Counted from the first letter of the stretch, positions 9,574-20,797 are shown. The stretch: 32,000 nucleotides of DNA from Pasteurella multocida (GCF_900187275.1 NZ_LT906458.1:300001-332000), one strand, 5' to 3'. Notes: generated by a model not told the origin, from the sequence alone. Translations and numbers: made by a program.

Positions 9574-10188
9574 ATGAAAAAGACAGTATTAGCATTAGGT
9601 GTGATGGCAGCATTAGTTGCAGGTTCGGCAGTGGCACATCAAGCAGGTAGTGTGATTGTGCGAGGTGGTCCAATTTTAGTAGTGCCAAACGCGTCGACGA
9701 ATCATGATGTGTTTAAGTTTGATGTCAATTCCAACGCACAATTAGGATTAACCGCCACTTATATGGCAACAGATAATCTTGGTGTTGAGTTATTAGCGGC
9801 GACACCATTCAGCCATGAGATTACATTAGGCAATACCTTAGTTGGTAAAACGAAGCATTTACCGCCAAGTTTATATGCACAATATTATTTCTTAGACAAA
9901 GATGCGAAAGCTCGTCCTTATGTGGGGGCGGGTGTTAACTACACCACATTCTTTAGTGAAAAAGCGGTATTAAATGGCGTGACTGATCTGAAATTAAAAG
10001 ATTCTTGGGGACCTGCGTTCAATGCTGGGGTAGATATCCAAGTCGCAGATAACTTATTTTTAAATACGGCTATTTGGTATGCAAAAATCAAAAGTAAAGC
10101 CACATTTAAACTTGGTGATGTAGAGCATAAAGTCAATGTGAAATTAGATCCAACGGTGTTCTTTGTTGGCTTAGGTTATCGTTTTTAA
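9574..10188 (+). CDS. ompW: Outer membrane protein OmpW
   Basis: Signal peptide, AHQAGSVIVRGG N-terminus, 8-strand barrel pattern, C-terminal VGLGYRF. Confidence 0.95.
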   Translation: MKKTVLALGVMAALVAGSAVAHQAGSVIVRGGPILVVPNASTNHDVFKFDVNSNAQLGLTATYMATDNLGVELLAATPFSHEITLGNTLVGKTKHLPPSLYAQYYFLDKDAKARPYVGAGVNYTTFFSEKAVLNGVTDLKLKDSWGPAFNAGVDIQVADNLFLNTAIWYAKIKSKATFKLGDVEHKVNVKLDPTVFFVGLGYRF

Positions 10189-10211
10189 ACCTGAAAATGA
10201 TATAAAAAATA

Positions 10212-10238
10212 ATGGGCAATATGATTTGCCCATTTTTT
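10212..10238. terminator. Terminator between convergent ompW and recN
   Basis: ATGGGCAA (10212-10219)/TTGCCCAT (10226-10233) followed by a T run. Confidence 0.85.
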
Positions 10239-10252
10239 TGTGGTGAAGTTTG

Positions 10253-11929
10253 TTAGGAAACGAGATCCAACATCTCTTGTGCATTTGCCAGCGCACTGTC
10301 AGTAATCTTACTACCACCCAACAATTTAGCTAATGCTTTTACGCGTTGTGCCGGCGAAAGTGCGGTCATTTTGGTTTCTGTTTTTTCGTCAATAATGTGT
10401 TTTTCTACACTAAAGTGTTGATGACCTTGGCAGGCGACTTGTGGTAAATGAGTGATACATAATACTTGGCAACGTTGTCCGAGTTTACGCAGTAATTTTC
10501 CGACGACACTGGCGGTGGCACCACTAATGCCTACATCTACTTCATCAAAAATTAAAGTTGGAATAGCGGATTTATCTGAGGTAAGCACTTGGATCGCCAG
10601 TGAAATACGGGAGAGTTCTCCACCTGAGGCGATTTTATTCAGCGGTTGCGCACTTTGCCCTAAGTTACTGCGTAAGTTAAATTGTATGCTGTTAATGCCA
10701 TGGCTTGTTATTTTGTCATGTTCAGGATTGAGTTCAATAAAAAACTCGGCATTTTCCATGGCTAATTGTTTAATGGATTTGCTAACTTGTTGCGCTAATT
10801 GATTGGCGCCTTGTTGGCGACTCTGATGTAACGCCAATGCACTCGCTTGGGCTTTCGCATAGGCGATTTGTTCTTGTGCAATTAAACGCTGTTCACTTTC
10901 AGAAAAATCGACTAATTGAGTCAATTCTTGCTGTAAAGTGCGGTGTAATTCAACTAAATTTTCAGGTTTGACATGATGCTTACGCGCAAGCTGTAGGGCT
11001 TGTCCCATGCGTTGCTCGATATCGTGCAGTAAAGCTGGATCTTGTTCTATATCGCTTGCGAGTTGCTGCATTTCATGACTTGCTTCTTGAATTTGGATCA
11101 AGGCGTCTTGCAATAGATGTGCGACATTGCTATAGCGTTGATCTAACTCACAGAGATCTGCAAGGTGTTGTGTTGCTCGATAAAGCAGAGAATCAATATT
11201 GACTGTCTCATTTTCACTTAATAGTTGCAGTGTAGATTGTGAAAGCGTGGTTAATTGTTCCGTGTTGGAAAGACGTTTATGTTCTTCTTCTAATTCTACA
11301 TATTCATTGTCACGCAAATTAAACGCATCCAGTTCTTCAACTTGATATTGCAGTAACTGCTTCTTCGCTTCATTTTCTGCCACTTGTTGTTTAAAAGTTT
11401 GTACTTGATATTGTAAGGCTTTCCAAGCTTGATAATCTGTTTGCATTTGGTTCAGAAGGGCAGTATGTCCACAGAATCGATCTAACAACTGTAGCTGGTA
11501 TTCTGGTTTGAGTAACAATTGGGAGGCATGTTGTCCATTAATATGGACAAGATATTGACCAAATTCTTTCAGCTGAGCTACTGAAACAGGAATCCCATTA
11601 ATAAAGGCTTTAGAGCGACCGTCATGGTTAATAAGACGACGCAAAATACATTCTTCAGGATTTTCCGTGTCGTGTAATTCCTGTTGTATTAACCATTGAC
11701 GCGCAGGGGCATTTTTCTCAAGAGCAAACGTCGCGCTAATATCCGCACGTTCTTGCCCTTCGCGTAGCATACTGATATCGGTACGCTGACCAAGACAAAC
11801 CCCTAATGCATCAAGCGCAATGGATTTTCCTGCACCAGTTTCACCTGTAATGACGGACATACCTTGCGTAAATTCAATATTCAAATGACGAACGATCGCA
11901 AAATGATTAATAGTGAGTTGAATAAGCAT
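10253..11929 (-). CDS. recN: DNA repair protein RecN
   Basis: MLIQLTINHFAIVRHLNIEFTQGMSVITGETGAGKSIALDAL; Walker B-region TLIFDEVDVGISGATA. Confidence 0.98.
   Translation of the reverse strand: MLIQLTINHFAIVRHLNIEFTQGMSVITGETGAGKSIALDALGVCLGQRTDISMLREGQERADISATFALEKNAPARQWLIQQELHDTENPEECILRRLINHDGRSKAFINGIPVSVAQLKEFGQYLVHINGQHASQLLLKPEYQLQLLDRFCGHTALLNQMQTDYQAWKALQYQVQTFKQQVAENEAKKQLLQYQVEELDAFNLRDNEYVELEEEHKRLSNTEQLTTLSQSTLQLLSENETVNIDSLLYRATQHLADLCELDQRYSNVAHLLQDALIQIQEASHEMQQLASDIEQDPALLHDIEQRMGQALQLARKHHVKPENLVELHRTLQQELTQLVDFSESEQRLIAQEQIAYAKAQASALALHQSRQQGANQLAQQVSKSIKQLAMENAEFFIELNPEHDKITSHGINSIQFNLRSNLGQSAQPLNKIASGGELSRISLAIQVLTSDKSAIPTLIFDEVDVGISGATASVVGKLLRKLGQRCQVLCITHLPQVACQGHQHFSVEKHIIDEKTETKMTALSPAQRVKALAKLLGGSKITDSALANAQEMLDLVS
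10358..10366 (+). repeat. DNA uptake signal sequence core (inside recN)
   Basis: AAGTGCGGT exact match. Confidence 0.8.
10936..10944 (+). repeat. DNA uptake signal sequence core (inside recN)
   Basis: AAGTGCGGT exact match. Confidence 0.8.
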
Positions 11930-11965
11930 TGCAAAATCTCCATTACTGTATATTTATCAGTTTAT

Positions 11966-11985
11966 AACTGTTTTTATATACAGTA
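11966..11985. promoter_or_regulatory. LexA (SOS) box upstream of recN
   Basis: AACTGTTTTTATATACAGTA matches CTGT-N8-ACAG perfectly, 37 bp upstream of the recN start. Confidence 0.88.
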
Positions 11986-12013
11986 AAGTGCTTTTGCTAA
12001 ATTTTAAGCATTT

Positions 12014-12931
12014 TTAAACAGAATTGCGTAGCCAGCCTAATTTGGAACTCAATACTTTATAGTAATTGTAATTTTTCAAATGTAGCAGACGCAGTTTATC
12101 AGGACTTTTTTGAATATGTACAATGTCATCTGGCGAGAATTCTAACGCCACTTGACTATCACAACCGACTTCTAATTGTGAGGTATTATATTCCGCGAAA
12201 CGAATGGAAATTTTGCTGTCGCCATCAATCACCAGTGGGCGAGAGGATAGGGTGTGAGGGAACATCGGCACCAGTGCAATAGCATTGAGCTGTGGCGTTA
12301 AAATAGGTCCCCCAGCAGAGAGTGAGTAGGCAGTCGAGCCTGTTGGTGTAGAAATAATTAAACCGTCTGAACGTTGTGAGAAGGCGAATTTATCATTGAT
12401 ATAAACATGAAAATCGATCATGTGGGCAATTTTAGCTGGGTGAACTACCGCTTCATTGACTGCATTTCCGCGCGCAATGATTTTTCCATTTCGTTCGACA
12501 CTGGCTTCTAAAATGAAACGTTCTTCTACAAAACAATCCCCGTCTTCTAAACAGGCTTGCAGTTGTGAATAGGCATTTTTCGGGTCGATATCCGTGAGAA
12601 AGCCTAAGTTGCCTCTATTGATACCAATTAACGCAATGTCATATTTAGCAAGGGTTCGAGCACGACCTAATACATTACCATCACCGCCAATCACAATGGC
12701 CAGTTGAGCCCGTTGTCCAATCTCATCCACAGAGGCTAAATAATTTTCACTCAAACCAAGTTGTTCACCAATTGGGCGCTCAACGAGCACCTGATAGCCT
12801 TTCTCAAGTAACCATTGAAAAAGATTTTTATGCATTTGTAAGGTTACATCATGGCGAGGTTTACCAAGTAACCCTATGATCTGAAAAGAAGATTGTAGCG
12901 CTTTAATATCAATGGTATTCGGGTGTTTCAT
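12014..12931 (-). CDS. nadK: NAD kinase
   Basis: [25 protein letters not shown] and [16 protein letters not shown] motifs. Confidence 0.97.
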   Translation of the reverse strand: MKHPNTIDIKALQSSFQIIGLLGKPRHDVTLQMHKNLFQWLLEKGYQVLVERPIGEQLGLSENYLASVDEIGQRAQLAIVIGGDGNVLGRARTLAKYDIALIGINRGNLGFLTDIDPKNAYSQLQACLEDGDCFVEERFILEASVERNGKIIARGNAVNEAVVHPAKIAHMIDFHVYINDKFAFSQRSDGLIISTPTGSTAYSLSAGGPILTPQLNAIALVPMFPHTLSSRPLVIDGDSKISIRFAEYNTSQLEVGCDSQVALEFSPDDIVHIQKSPDKLRLLHLKNYNYYKVLSSKLGWLRNSV

Positions 12932-12958
12932 GTCTTATTCCATCGGCTAAAAAAGATA

Positions 12959-12967
12959 ACCGCACTT
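12959..12967 (-). repeat. DNA uptake signal sequence core
   Basis: ACCGCACTT exact match. Confidence 0.8.
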
Positions 12968-13093
12968 GAATTCAAAAAATTAGTCATTATATTACACACA
13001 AATCCTTTTATTTGTCAGCAAGTATCTATAGATAGGCTGACTTTTATATTTTTGTTAGAATGAGCCAACAGGTTTACATGAATGGAGAACGAG

Positions 13094-13687
13094 ATGTCAA
13101 ACAAAGAGCAACACATTGAAAAAGAAGAGCAACTTCAAGAAGAAAAACATGAGGAACAACAAAAAACCGAAGAAACAGAAGTTGAAGCTGTGAATGGGGT
13201 TGATCCTCTTGAAGAAGCCATTTTGCGGGTACAAGAATTAGAAGCACAGCTGACAGAAATGGTCAAAAAAGAACAGGATTTCTTACTGCGTAGTCGTGCT
13301 GAAATGGATAATATCCGCCGTCGTGCTGAGCAAGATGTGGAGAAAGCCCATAAGTTTGGATTAGAGAAATTCTCAAAAGATATTTTAAATACCATTGATA
13401 ATTTAGAGCGTGCTTTAGCGACGCCGGCAAACTTAGAAGATGAAAGTATTAAGTCATTGTTCGATGGCGTCGAATTGACTTTAAAAGAATTACTCGCCAC
13501 GGTTTCTCGCTTTGGGGTAGAGGCGGTTGGTGTAGTTGGTGAAACTTTCAACCCAGAAGTTCATCAAGCGATTTCGATGCAACCAATGGAAGGTTTTGAA
13601 ACCAACCAAATTACAGTTGTTTTACAAAAAGGGTATTTATTAAATGGACGAGTGATCCGCCCTGCCATGGTGATGGTTGCCGCTTAA
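13094..13687 (+). CDS. grpE: Nucleotide exchange factor GrpE
   Basis: [34 protein letters not shown]...; start could be 13082 or 13094. Confidence 0.97.
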   Translation: MSNKEQHIEKEEQLQEEKHEEQQKTEETEVEAVNGVDPLEEAILRVQELEAQLTEMVKKEQDFLLRSRAEMDNIRRRAEQDVEKAHKFGLEKFSKDILNTIDNLERALATPANLEDESIKSLFDGVELTLKELLATVSRFGVEAVGVVGETFNPEVHQAISMQPMEGFETNQITVVLQKGYLLNGRVIRPAMVMVAA

Positions 13688-13707
13688 GTTTTTATCCCTC
13701 ATCGTAT

Positions 13708-13745
13708 GCCCACTGATGAATATTGTTCATCGGTGGGCTTTTTTT
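13708..13745 (+). terminator. grpE terminator
   Basis: 13-bp stem GCCCACTGATGAA/TTCATCGGTGGGC (one G-T wobble) followed by a T run. Confidence 0.9.
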
Positions 13746-13867
13746 ATCCATTTTTTCTATTTTATATAGCGAAAAGGTATAAATAATCACTAAAAAAGGG
13801 TTGTTATTTATAAAGAATTCTCATTTAATTCATATCCGTCTATTTTATTTTTTGATTAGAGTACTTT

Positions 13868-15205
13868 ATGGTTATTAGCAATCTTATTATTTTCAGTTTA
13901 CTTTTAGTCTTACTGCGTGTGATTTATACCCGCACCCAAAAACTGGGTATAACAGTTTTGATTGGTCTTTTACTTGGGGTCATTTGCGGGGTGTTATTAC
14001 AACAGTTTGCAACCCCAATGGTGATTAAACCAACATTAGAATGGATTAATCTGGTTGGCAATGGCTATGTTCGTTTATTACAAATGATCGTGATGCCATT
14101 GGTTTTTGTGTCCATTCTGTCTGCGATAACGCGTTTAAATCAGGCTAGTGCTTTAGGAAAAATCAGCTTAAGTGTCATTTCGGTGTTATTGATCACCACC
14201 GCGATTGCCGCAGCGATCGGGATTGCAATGACTTATGCATTTGATTTAACGGCAGAAGGCTTGATTGCAGGGGAGAGAGAGCTTGCTGCACAAACGCATG
14301 TAGCAGGACGGGTTGAAAAAGTCAGTGAGCTAACGATTCCTTCTATGTTGCTTTCTTTTATTCCGAAAAATCCGTTTTTAGAGCTCACAGGGGCAAATCC
14401 AACCTCGATTATTAGTGTCGTGATTTTTGCTGCGTTATTGGGAATAGCGTCGTTAAGTTTAGCAAAAGAAGATCATGCACTTGGCGAACGTATTGCGCAA
14501 GGTGTAGATACCTTAAATAAATTGATCATGCGTTTAGTGCGTATGGTGATCCGTTTAACACCTTATGGTGTGTTTGCACTCATGTTGAAAATGGCGACCA
14601 CCTCAAAATGGGCAGATATTGTAAATCTAGGCACCTTTATTGTTGCTTCGTATGCGGCGATTTTCTTAATGTTTGTCGTACAGGGTCTGTTATTAGCCGT
14701 ATTCCGTGTGAATCCTTTTACCTATTTTAAGAAAGTCATGCCAACCTTGAGTTTCGCATTTACTTCGCGTTCAAGTGCGGCAACTTTACCGCTAAATATT
14801 GAAACGCAAACCAATAAACTAGGTAATAACAATGTGATTGCAAATTTTGCCGCGACTTTTGGTGCGACCATCGGACAAAATGGGTGTGCGGGGATTTACC
14901 CTGCCATGCTAGCGGTAATGGTGGCACCGACAGTGGGGATTGACCCTTTTAGTCTAGGTTATTTAGCTACCTTGATTTTAGTCGTCACGATTTCTTCGTT
15001 AGGGATTGCCGGTGTTGGCGGTGGTGCCACTTTTGCCGCCATTGTGGTGTTATCGACCTTAAATTTACCTCTTGCCTTAGTGGGTTTATTAATTTCGATT
15101 GAGCCATTGATTGATATGGGACGAACTGCTTTAAACGTGAATGGTTCGATGGTGGCGGGTACGATCACGAATCAACTGTTAGATAAAAAGACAGAAAAGG
15201 TATAA
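13868..15205 (+). CDS. tcyP: Sodium:dicarboxylate (SDF/DAACS) family symporter, probably L-cystine transporter TcyP (YdjN)
   Basis: SDF family signatures: RLLQMIVMPLVFVSILSAI, FAFTSRSSAATLPLNIE, SSLGIAGVGGGATFAAIVVLS, IDMGRTALNVNGSMVAGTI. Confidence 0.82.
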   Translation: MVISNLIIFSLLLVLLRVIYTRTQKLGITVLIGLLLGVICGVLLQQFATPMVIKPTLEWINLVGNGYVRLLQMIVMPLVFVSILSAITRLNQASALGKISLSVISVLLITTAIAAAIGIAMTYAFDLTAEGLIAGERELAAQTHVAGRVEKVSELTIPSMLLSFIPKNPFLELTGANPTSIISVVIFAALLGIASLSLAKEDHALGERIAQGVDTLNKLIMRLVRMVIRLTPYGVFALMLKMATTSKWADIVNLGTFIVASYAAIFLMFVVQGLLLAVFRVNPFTYFKKVMPTLSFAFTSRSSAATLPLNIETQTNKLGNNNVIANFAATFGATIGQNGCAGIYPAMLAVMVAPTVGIDPFSLGYLATLILVVTISSLGIAGVGGGATFAAIVVLSTLNLPLALVGLLISIEPLIDMGRTALNVNGSMVAGTITNQLLDKKTEKV

Positions 15206-15221
15206 AACAGAAAGAAAAAAG

Positions 15222-15249
15222 AGGTGGAAATCAATTCCACCTTCTTTTT
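15222..15249. terminator. Bidirectional terminator between tcyP and the TonB receptor
   Basis: AGGTGGAA/TTCCACCT with flanking A and T runs between convergent genes. Confidence 0.85.
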
Positions 15250-15261
15250 TATCTTTATCGA

Positions 15262-17799
15262 TTAAAATGTCAGTTCTGCGTTTAATTTGAAATTACGACC
15301 TGGAGCATTAAATCGGTTAATACCTTCGCCGGTTTTTTTATCAATCATGTTACTTGTACCGAATGAGCGAATAGAGCGTGCTGAATCCCAAGTTAAATAC
15401 TTACGATTAGTTAAATTGTAAACACCAAATTGTAATGTTAAGTTTTTGATCGGTTTTGCGTACATCACCATATCTATCAAGGTGTAAGAATTACTACGCC
15501 ATTTCATCGAGCTATCAGTAATTGTTATTTCTTTATTGGCAGCAATTTCATCTGCTCGTTCGGTTTCCCAAAACATATTATATGTATCTTTTGCTTTTTT
15601 CTCACTCACATGAGTTAAGTAGATATCCAAACCAAATTTTCCACTTTTATGGTCATATCCCGCAGAGAAAACAGAGGTTTTGGGTTGAATGGCATTCATT
15701 GGGATATCACCATTAATGCGTCCGCGTTGGTAAGTAAATTTATAACCAAGCTTAAATCCTTCTAGTCTATACGTGAATACATCTAACTTTAACTTAGCAT
15801 TGATATCAAGCCCTGTCACTTTGGCATGCTGGCGATTGATATTTTGGTAAACACTGAATGGGACAAGTTTTGAATGACCGTGTAATTGTTTGTTCCCTAT
15901 AAATGCAAGATCAATAAAGTTGTCATATTTAGTATGGAACAAACTGGTGGTAATAAACCCCCACGGATTATGGAACGTCAATGCCACTTCTTTTGTTTTT
16001 GCGGTTTCTGCTTCAAGGTTTTTATTTGGGAGGATAGAGAAGTCGGGATGTTTAAAGGTTAAATAAATTTCCTCACCCGTTGGTGCTCTAAAGCCGTTAC
16101 TGTATTTTGCTTGAATTCTAAACCAAGAGAATGGATCAATGGTTGTTGTTAATGTATAAGAACTTGCTGAATACTTTTTAGGTTGAGCAATATGTTTCAT
16201 ATTGGCATTCGCATTGGCAACGCGAGCCGCTTCATTTTTTTCATCAGAAAAATTAGATGAATCAAATTTAGGTTCTGTTACATATAAATTTGTCACCATA
16301 TCAGACGGTACTTTAGGCGTTATTCCTGGAATGTATTCAGGTTGGTATTTGATTTGGTCATAGCGGTATGCTAAGCCAAAACCGAAATAATCATTGAGTC
16401 GAATATCATCCTCAAAATAGATCGCGTTTGTTGTTGCTTTAACGGGGATTAAGAATGAAAACACATTACTGTGATTACAAAGTGCGTTATAACGCCCATC
16501 ACTGCCGATTTTTTGTGAACAATCTGTTGGGTAAAGTGCCCACCATTTTACATTTAGTGCGCTTTGACCTGTGGTATTAACCATCGATTTAGTGGTTTTT
16601 GACCATAATCCACCGTAGGCGAGATTATGTTGGGTTTTCCCAAGCTCTAGGTATTTGGTTAAATCTAGATTGAGTTGTTTGGTATTTGTGATTAAATCGC
16701 GTTGTGTCCAAAGATTTTCAAGGTGACCTTTTACATTTGGTACAAATAAAATGGGTCCTGTTAGTTTGGTTACTGATTTATTATCTATTTCTTTAACTTT
16801 ATTAATTGTGGCAAATTCTTTATTTGGATCCACGTTAATTGATATATCTATAGGAGTACCATCGGGTTTAAATGCACCGATAGTTTTTTTATTACAATTA
16901 ATTGCCTTACAACTTAACTTAGTGTTACGTTCGGAAAGATAAATTTTTTGGTTATCTGAGATTAATTCTTTATCTTTGCCTAATAAATCGTATTTAGTAT
17001 TATTAATAAATAAATGGCGTTGTGGAGGAATTGTTTTCCCTCTTTTTAAGAAGTGTGCTTGGCATTTTGTATTATCTCCGTTTTGTAAGCTATCCCAACG
17101 GGAAACTTCGTTTTCACAGCTAATAGAAATAGGTTTTTCATATATAGTTTCTAACGATGAATCCCATGCTTCTTTTGCTCTATTCCAGCGATATTTATGC
17201 AGTCTATCTCTATTATTTTCATCGTAAGGTATAACCTCTAAGTCAACTAATTCCTTTTCACCTTGATTTTTTATTTCTGGACTATCATTGTATGTGACTA
17301 TTTTGTTATCCTCGCCAACTAACTTATTTTCTTCATTATATTTCATCCCCAGCGGGTTTCCCTGATCTGGGCATTTATCATTACCATGACAATAATCATC
17401 TGTTCTAGCCCTGGTATTAATATGTTGATTAGAATACGTGAGTTTTAAAGTGTCATAGAAAGGATTGGTTGAATAATTTTCATAGGTGAATGCGTAGTTT
17501 TTACGTTCGACTTTATCGTTTGTATGACGTAGTTCAACTTCATCATAGGTACGATATTGAGTATTAGGCTTTAAGGTATAAGAGAAATCATGTCCTTTTG
17601 ATGTATTGCGATAAATATCTGCCATTACGGAAAAACGATGGTTTTCATTTGGTTGAAAACCGACCTTTACCAAGGTGCTTTCAAGTGTTCGTAAATAAGG
17701 ATCCGCCTTCTCTCTTTTTCGTCCCTGAATACGTTCGTTATAAGATTTATACCCATACTTCATGCCCTTTTCGTGTTGTATTGACAACAAGCACATCAA
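15262..17799 (-). CDS. C-terminal beta-barrel fragment of the same receptor; the upstream Met of the ORF is probably artefactual
   Basis: [43 protein letters not shown]...; [27 protein letters not shown]; terminal Phe. Confidence 0.85.
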   Translation of the reverse strand: MMCLLSIQHEKGMKYGYKSYNERIQGRKREKADPYLRTLESTLVKVGFQPNENHRFSVMADIYRNTSKGHDFSYTLKPNTQYRTYDEVELRHTNDKVERKNYAFTYENYSTNPFYDTLKLTYSNQHINTRARTDDYCHGNDKCPDQGNPLGMKYNEENKLVGEDNKIVTYNDSPEIKNQGEKELVDLEVIPYDENNRDRLHKYRWNRAKEAWDSSLETIYEKPISISCENEVSRWDSLQNGDNTKCQAHFLKRGKTIPPQRHLFINNTKYDLLGKDKELISDNQKIYLSERNTKLSCKAINCNKKTIGAFKPDGTPIDISINVDPNKEFATINKVKEIDNKSVTKLTGPILFVPNVKGHLENLWTQRDLITNTKQLNLDLTKYLELGKTQHNLAYGGLWSKTTKSMVNTTGQSALNVKWWALYPTDCSQKIGSDGRYNALCNHSNVFSFLIPVKATTNAIYFEDDIRLNDYFGFGLAYRYDQIKYQPEYIPGITPKVPSDMVTNLYVTEPKFDSSNFSDEKNEAARVANANANMKHIAQPKKYSASSYTLTTTIDPFSWFRIQAKYSNGFRAPTGEEIYLTFKHPDFSILPNKNLEAETAKTKEVALTFHNPWGFITTSLFHTKYDNFIDLAFIGNKQLHGHSKLVPFSVYQNINRQHAKVTGLDINAKLKLDVFTYRLEGFKLGYKFTYQRGRINGDIPMNAIQPKTSVFSAGYDHKSGKFGLDIYLTHVSEKKAKDTYNMFWETERADEIAANKEITITDSSMKWRSNSYTLIDMVMYAKPIKNLTLQFGVYNLTNRKYLTWDSARSIRSFGTSNMIDKKTGEGINRFNAPGRNFKLNAELTF

Positions 17800-18403
17800 G
17801 GCTCTTGAGTTTTCCTGCTAGTGTCAGGGTATTTAAATGTTGATTATCTGCAGAGCTATAACCTTTCTTATAAGAAACAAACCAGTTTTTATTGATAAGA
17901 AAGTCGCGCGCATCTTTGGTTTGGAAAACGACTGATCCTCCTAATGCACCGCTCCCCGTTTTGATTGAGTTAGCCCCTTTTTGAATATTGACTTGTTTTA
18001 AGGTTTCTAGTTCCACACCATTTCGGGTGTTATTGAAATTACCATACCCTTCAAATAATTCTTTGAAACCTTGAGAGGATAGTGTTTCTGCTTGATGAAG
18101 ACCATCTACCGTAATCGCAACACGGTTTTCATCAACACCACGAACGGCATAACCACTCGCACCAAAGCGTCCTGTTTCCACAACGGTCACCCCCGTTTCA
18201 TAACGGACTAAATCTCGGCTATCGGACATTTGTTGGCGACGAATGCGCTCAGTACCGATTCGGGTTTCTCCGACTTTTTGAATAGCGATTTCATCATTTT
18301 GGCTAGAAACAACAATAGTTTCTAATGTTTCGGTAGGTTGTGCAGATGATAGGCTACAAGTGAGTGTAGTGAGCATCAATATAGACGGCTTGTTTAGTTT
18401 CAT
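17747..18403 (-). CDS. N-terminal fragment of TonB-dependent haemoglobin receptor (signal peptide plus plug)
   Basis: [34 protein letters not shown]...[29 protein letters not shown]...[27 protein letters not shown]; ends [10 protein letters not shown]. Confidence 0.85.
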   Translation of the reverse strand: MKLNKPSILMLTTLTCSLSSAQPTETLETIVVSSQNDEIAIQKVGETRIGTERIRRQQMSDSRDLVRYETGVTVVETGRFGASGYAVRGVDENRVAITVDGLHQAETLSSQGFKELFEGYGNFNNTRNGVELETLKQVNIQKGANSIKTGSGALGGSVVFQTKDARDFLINKNWFVSYKKGYSSADNQHLNTLTLAGKLKSLDVLVVNTTRKGHEVWV

Positions 18404-18448
18404 AGATACCTCATAATTTAAACTAAATAACTAGATTGATATTGATTA

Positions 18449-18463
18449 TAGAAATCGTTCTCA
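18449..18463. promoter_or_regulatory. Candidate Fur box upstream of the haemoglobin receptor
   Basis: Minus strand TGAGAACGATTTCTA against TGATAATGATTATCA: 10/15 matches, about 46 bp upstream of the start codon. Confidence 0.5.
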
Positions 18464-18721
18464 ATTATAGGGGCAAATAAATGAAATAAAAAGTAATATG
18501 AAGATGTTTAAGTGACTATTTTTATTATAAATTTACGCTTTTATTAGGGGTGTAGTTTAGTTATACAAAAATGAGTTGTTTTTTAAACATAAAGAGAGTT
18601 AGTGTGAAATGGCAAGAAGAATAGAAGTCTCATTGTTTGATAATCTGATGAAAGTTGAATGAGACCGAGAGTCAATATGTATTACTAAGAACAGGAGCAG
18701 GCGCAAAAGCAAGAGGGCATT

Positions 18722-20740
18722 TTAGCCCTGTTTTACTTGACTTCCTTTTAATAATTTTCGTATCCAGCTGCGGTTTGCATTCAGTTGGTGGAGGATATCT
18801 TCACTGAGAGGCAAGGGCTCGTGATAAATCAGCGAAGCCAGGGTTTCTGCTAACAGCGGTGCGGAGGTCAGTCCTCTAGAACCGAGGGCACCAATTAGAA
18901 AGAGATTCGGATGCAGTGCGGCGTTTTTTATGGCGTGTTTGCGACGGCGTAAGTTGTATAGATTGTGATAATCACTTAGCTGTTGTTCAAAATCAGGCAC
19001 ATTCCCTAGCATTGGAATACGATCACGAACGGAGCAACGGATGCCAATTCTGGCTTGATTATTGCGAGTATCAACCTCATTGACCCAATCTACTGAGGCA
19101 AGATTCGTTTGGATTTTTTGTTGGTTTTCTTGCTGTTCTTGTAAGCTAAATGTCCGCTCAGCATTATCACGCAAATGGCTGGCACCCAAGCAATGGGTTT
19201 GACTCGCTGCTTTTGGGGTTAGATAACCATCATAGCAAATGACTGCCTTGAGTTTGCTTAATTCAGTAGAAGTGGCAATTTCACTCACTTGTCCACGTAC
19301 AGGATAAACAGGTAAATGTTCTGTTTGACGAAATTGTGTGAGTTTGTGACCATTTGCCAGTACAACAACTTGATGTTTGAAACTGTCGCCTTGTTCTGTT
19401 GTTAAGAGCCAATGCGTGGTTTGTCGTTCAAGTGCGGTGATTTTTTGCTGTGTTTTAATGATGACCCCACGTGTTGCTAAAAAATCGAAAGTATTTTGAA
19501 CAAATTGTTGTGGTGATAACCAAGCGCCTTGTGCGATAAAGCCACCATCACATGGTAGTGGTAGCCCGACTTGTTCGCTAAGTGCTTGTTGTGATAAGGG
19601 CTGATACAGGCTAGGGGGCAATTGGAGCGCGGAAATTTTCGCTAATTTGACCGCACTTTTGGCATCATAGGCACAGAGTGCGACGCCACAAAAATCATGC
19701 TCAAATGTAATACCCTGTTCAATTGCCCAGTTGAAGCGCTGTTTACCATAGGCAAAGGCATGGATGTAGAAGCGAATATAGCGTAAATCATCATCGCTTA
19801 ATTGGGGATAAAAAGCCCCTTGTTTATTGCCTGACGCATTGGCGGCAAGTGAGTTGTCTTCGCAATATACAGTTACTTTTGCCCCACGCTCTAATAAGGA
19901 AAGCGCGCTAAATACGGAGGCAATCCCTCCACCAATCAGAGCAATATCTGCATTTGCTGTCAGTTCAGCCGGTTGAACAAGAGCCCAAGGGGCATGGATG
20001 TCAGCGGGCTGTTGTTGTGCTTTTACACCCTGTAAACATTCTCGTTTTTTGCCATAGCCTTTGCGTTTAGTGACTGTAAAACCCGCATGTATTAGACCTT
20101 TTCTTACGGCACTTGCTGCGGTAAAAGTAGAAAAAGTGCCTTGTGTTTTGGTGTAACGATACATGTGTTGGTAAAGGGTATCTTGCCACATTTGTGGATT
20201 TTTACTCGGGGCAAAACCGTCTAAAAACCATGCATCAATTTTATTACACATATAATCGCCTAACTGAGGCAGGTTTTCCGCCATATCGCCAAACCAGAGA
20301 TCAAGTGTGGTTTCAGCAAAGTGAAAACGGTAGCAACCAACAATCGGTTCTAACCAAGATTGTTGTAATTGTTGTGCAAGAGATTGAAACTCAGGGTAGG
20401 CTTGATGTGCCCGCTTGAGTTGTGCTAAGGGTAAAGGGTATTTTTCAAAGGAAATAAAAAAGAGCCGTTTTAGCGGTGCGTCAGGATAAGTAAGGCGAAA
20501 TTCACGAAAACGCTGAGTGACTGCAAAAAAATTCAGCCCTGTACCAAAACCAGTTTCCGCAATCACAAAATGCGCTTCACTTGTTTGTTGCCAGCGTTGC
20601 CATAATTGATTGCCTTCCTGAAAAACATAGTGACTTTCCGCAAGACCGTCTTGATTGGAAAAATAAACATCGTCAAATTGGGCAGAAACCGGCGTGTTTT
20701 CAGCATTAAAATGGACGTCAGCAAACTGAACTTTATGCAT
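18722..20740 (-). CDS. mnmC: Bifunctional tRNA 5-methylaminomethyl-2-thiouridine biosynthesis protein MnmC
   Basis: Methyltransferase half ([33 protein letters not shown]) and FAD oxidoreductase half ([23 protein letters not shown]). Confidence 0.97.
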   Translation of the reverse strand: MHKVQFADVHFNAENTPVSAQFDDVYFSNQDGLAESHYVFQEGNQLWQRWQQTSEAHFVIAETGFGTGLNFFAVTQRFREFRLTYPDAPLKRLFFISFEKYPLPLAQLKRAHQAYPEFQSLAQQLQQSWLEPIVGCYRFHFAETTLDLWFGDMAENLPQLGDYMCNKIDAWFLDGFAPSKNPQMWQDTLYQHMYRYTKTQGTFSTFTAASAVRKGLIHAGFTVTKRKGYGKKRECLQGVKAQQQPADIHAPWALVQPAELTANADIALIGGGIASVFSALSLLERGAKVTVYCEDNSLAANASGNKQGAFYPQLSDDDLRYIRFYIHAFAYGKQRFNWAIEQGITFEHDFCGVALCAYDAKSAVKLAKISALQLPPSLYQPLSQQALSEQVGLPLPCDGGFIAQGAWLSPQQFVQNTFDFLATRGVIIKTQQKITALERQTTHWLLTTEQGDSFKHQVVVLANGHKLTQFRQTEHLPVYPVRGQVSEIATSTELSKLKAVICYDGYLTPKAASQTHCLGASHLRDNAERTFSLQEQQENQQKIQTNLASVDWVNEVDTRNNQARIGIRCSVRDRIPMLGNVPDFEQQLSDYHNLYNLRRRKHAIKNAALHPNLFLIGALGSRGLTSAPLLAETLASLIYHEPLPLSEDILHQLNANRSWIRKLLKGSQVKQG
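19430..19438 (+). repeat. DNA uptake signal sequence core (inside mnmC)
   Basis: AAGTGCGGT exact match. Confidence 0.8.
19650..19658 (-). repeat. DNA uptake signal sequence core (inside mnmC)
   Basis: ACCGCACTT exact match. Confidence 0.8.
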
Positions 20741-20797
20741 GATTTTTTTATTCCTTTATAGACAACCTGAATCGTAATATAATAGCGAAAATTTATA

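Larger units (their letters stand above)
15262..18403 (-). pseudogene. TonB-dependent haemoglobin/transferrin/lactoferrin-type receptor (HgbA/HgbB-like), split by a frameshift near 17755-17762
   Basis: Signal peptide, TonB-box-like ETLETIVV and plug domain lie in one ORF. The immediately following barrel, ending ...NAELTF*, is in another frame. Confidence 0.85.

Noticed and set aside
12968-13081. Heat-shock (sigma-32) promoter for grpE
   Set aside because: I looked for a CCCCAT-type -10 with a suitable -35 and found none convincing; needs TSS mapping.
13082-13093. grpE start at 13082
   Set aside because: Possible, but ATG 13094 fits typical GrpE N-termini (MSNKEQ) and has a purine-rich stretch upstream; left unresolved.
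17746-17799. Independent start codon for the receptor barrel ORF ([16 protein letters not shown])
   Set aside because: These residues come from reading the N-terminal fragment's DNA in another frame; no signal peptide or RBS.
15262-18403. Phase-variable receptor through CCAA-type repeats, as in Haemophilus hgp genes
   Set aside because: No tetranucleotide or long homopolymer tract occurs at the frame break; only AAAA and GGG nearby.
18610-18663. 17-aa frame MARRIEVSLFDNLMKVE in the receptor-mnmC gap
   Set aside because: No RBS and no sign of conservation testable here.
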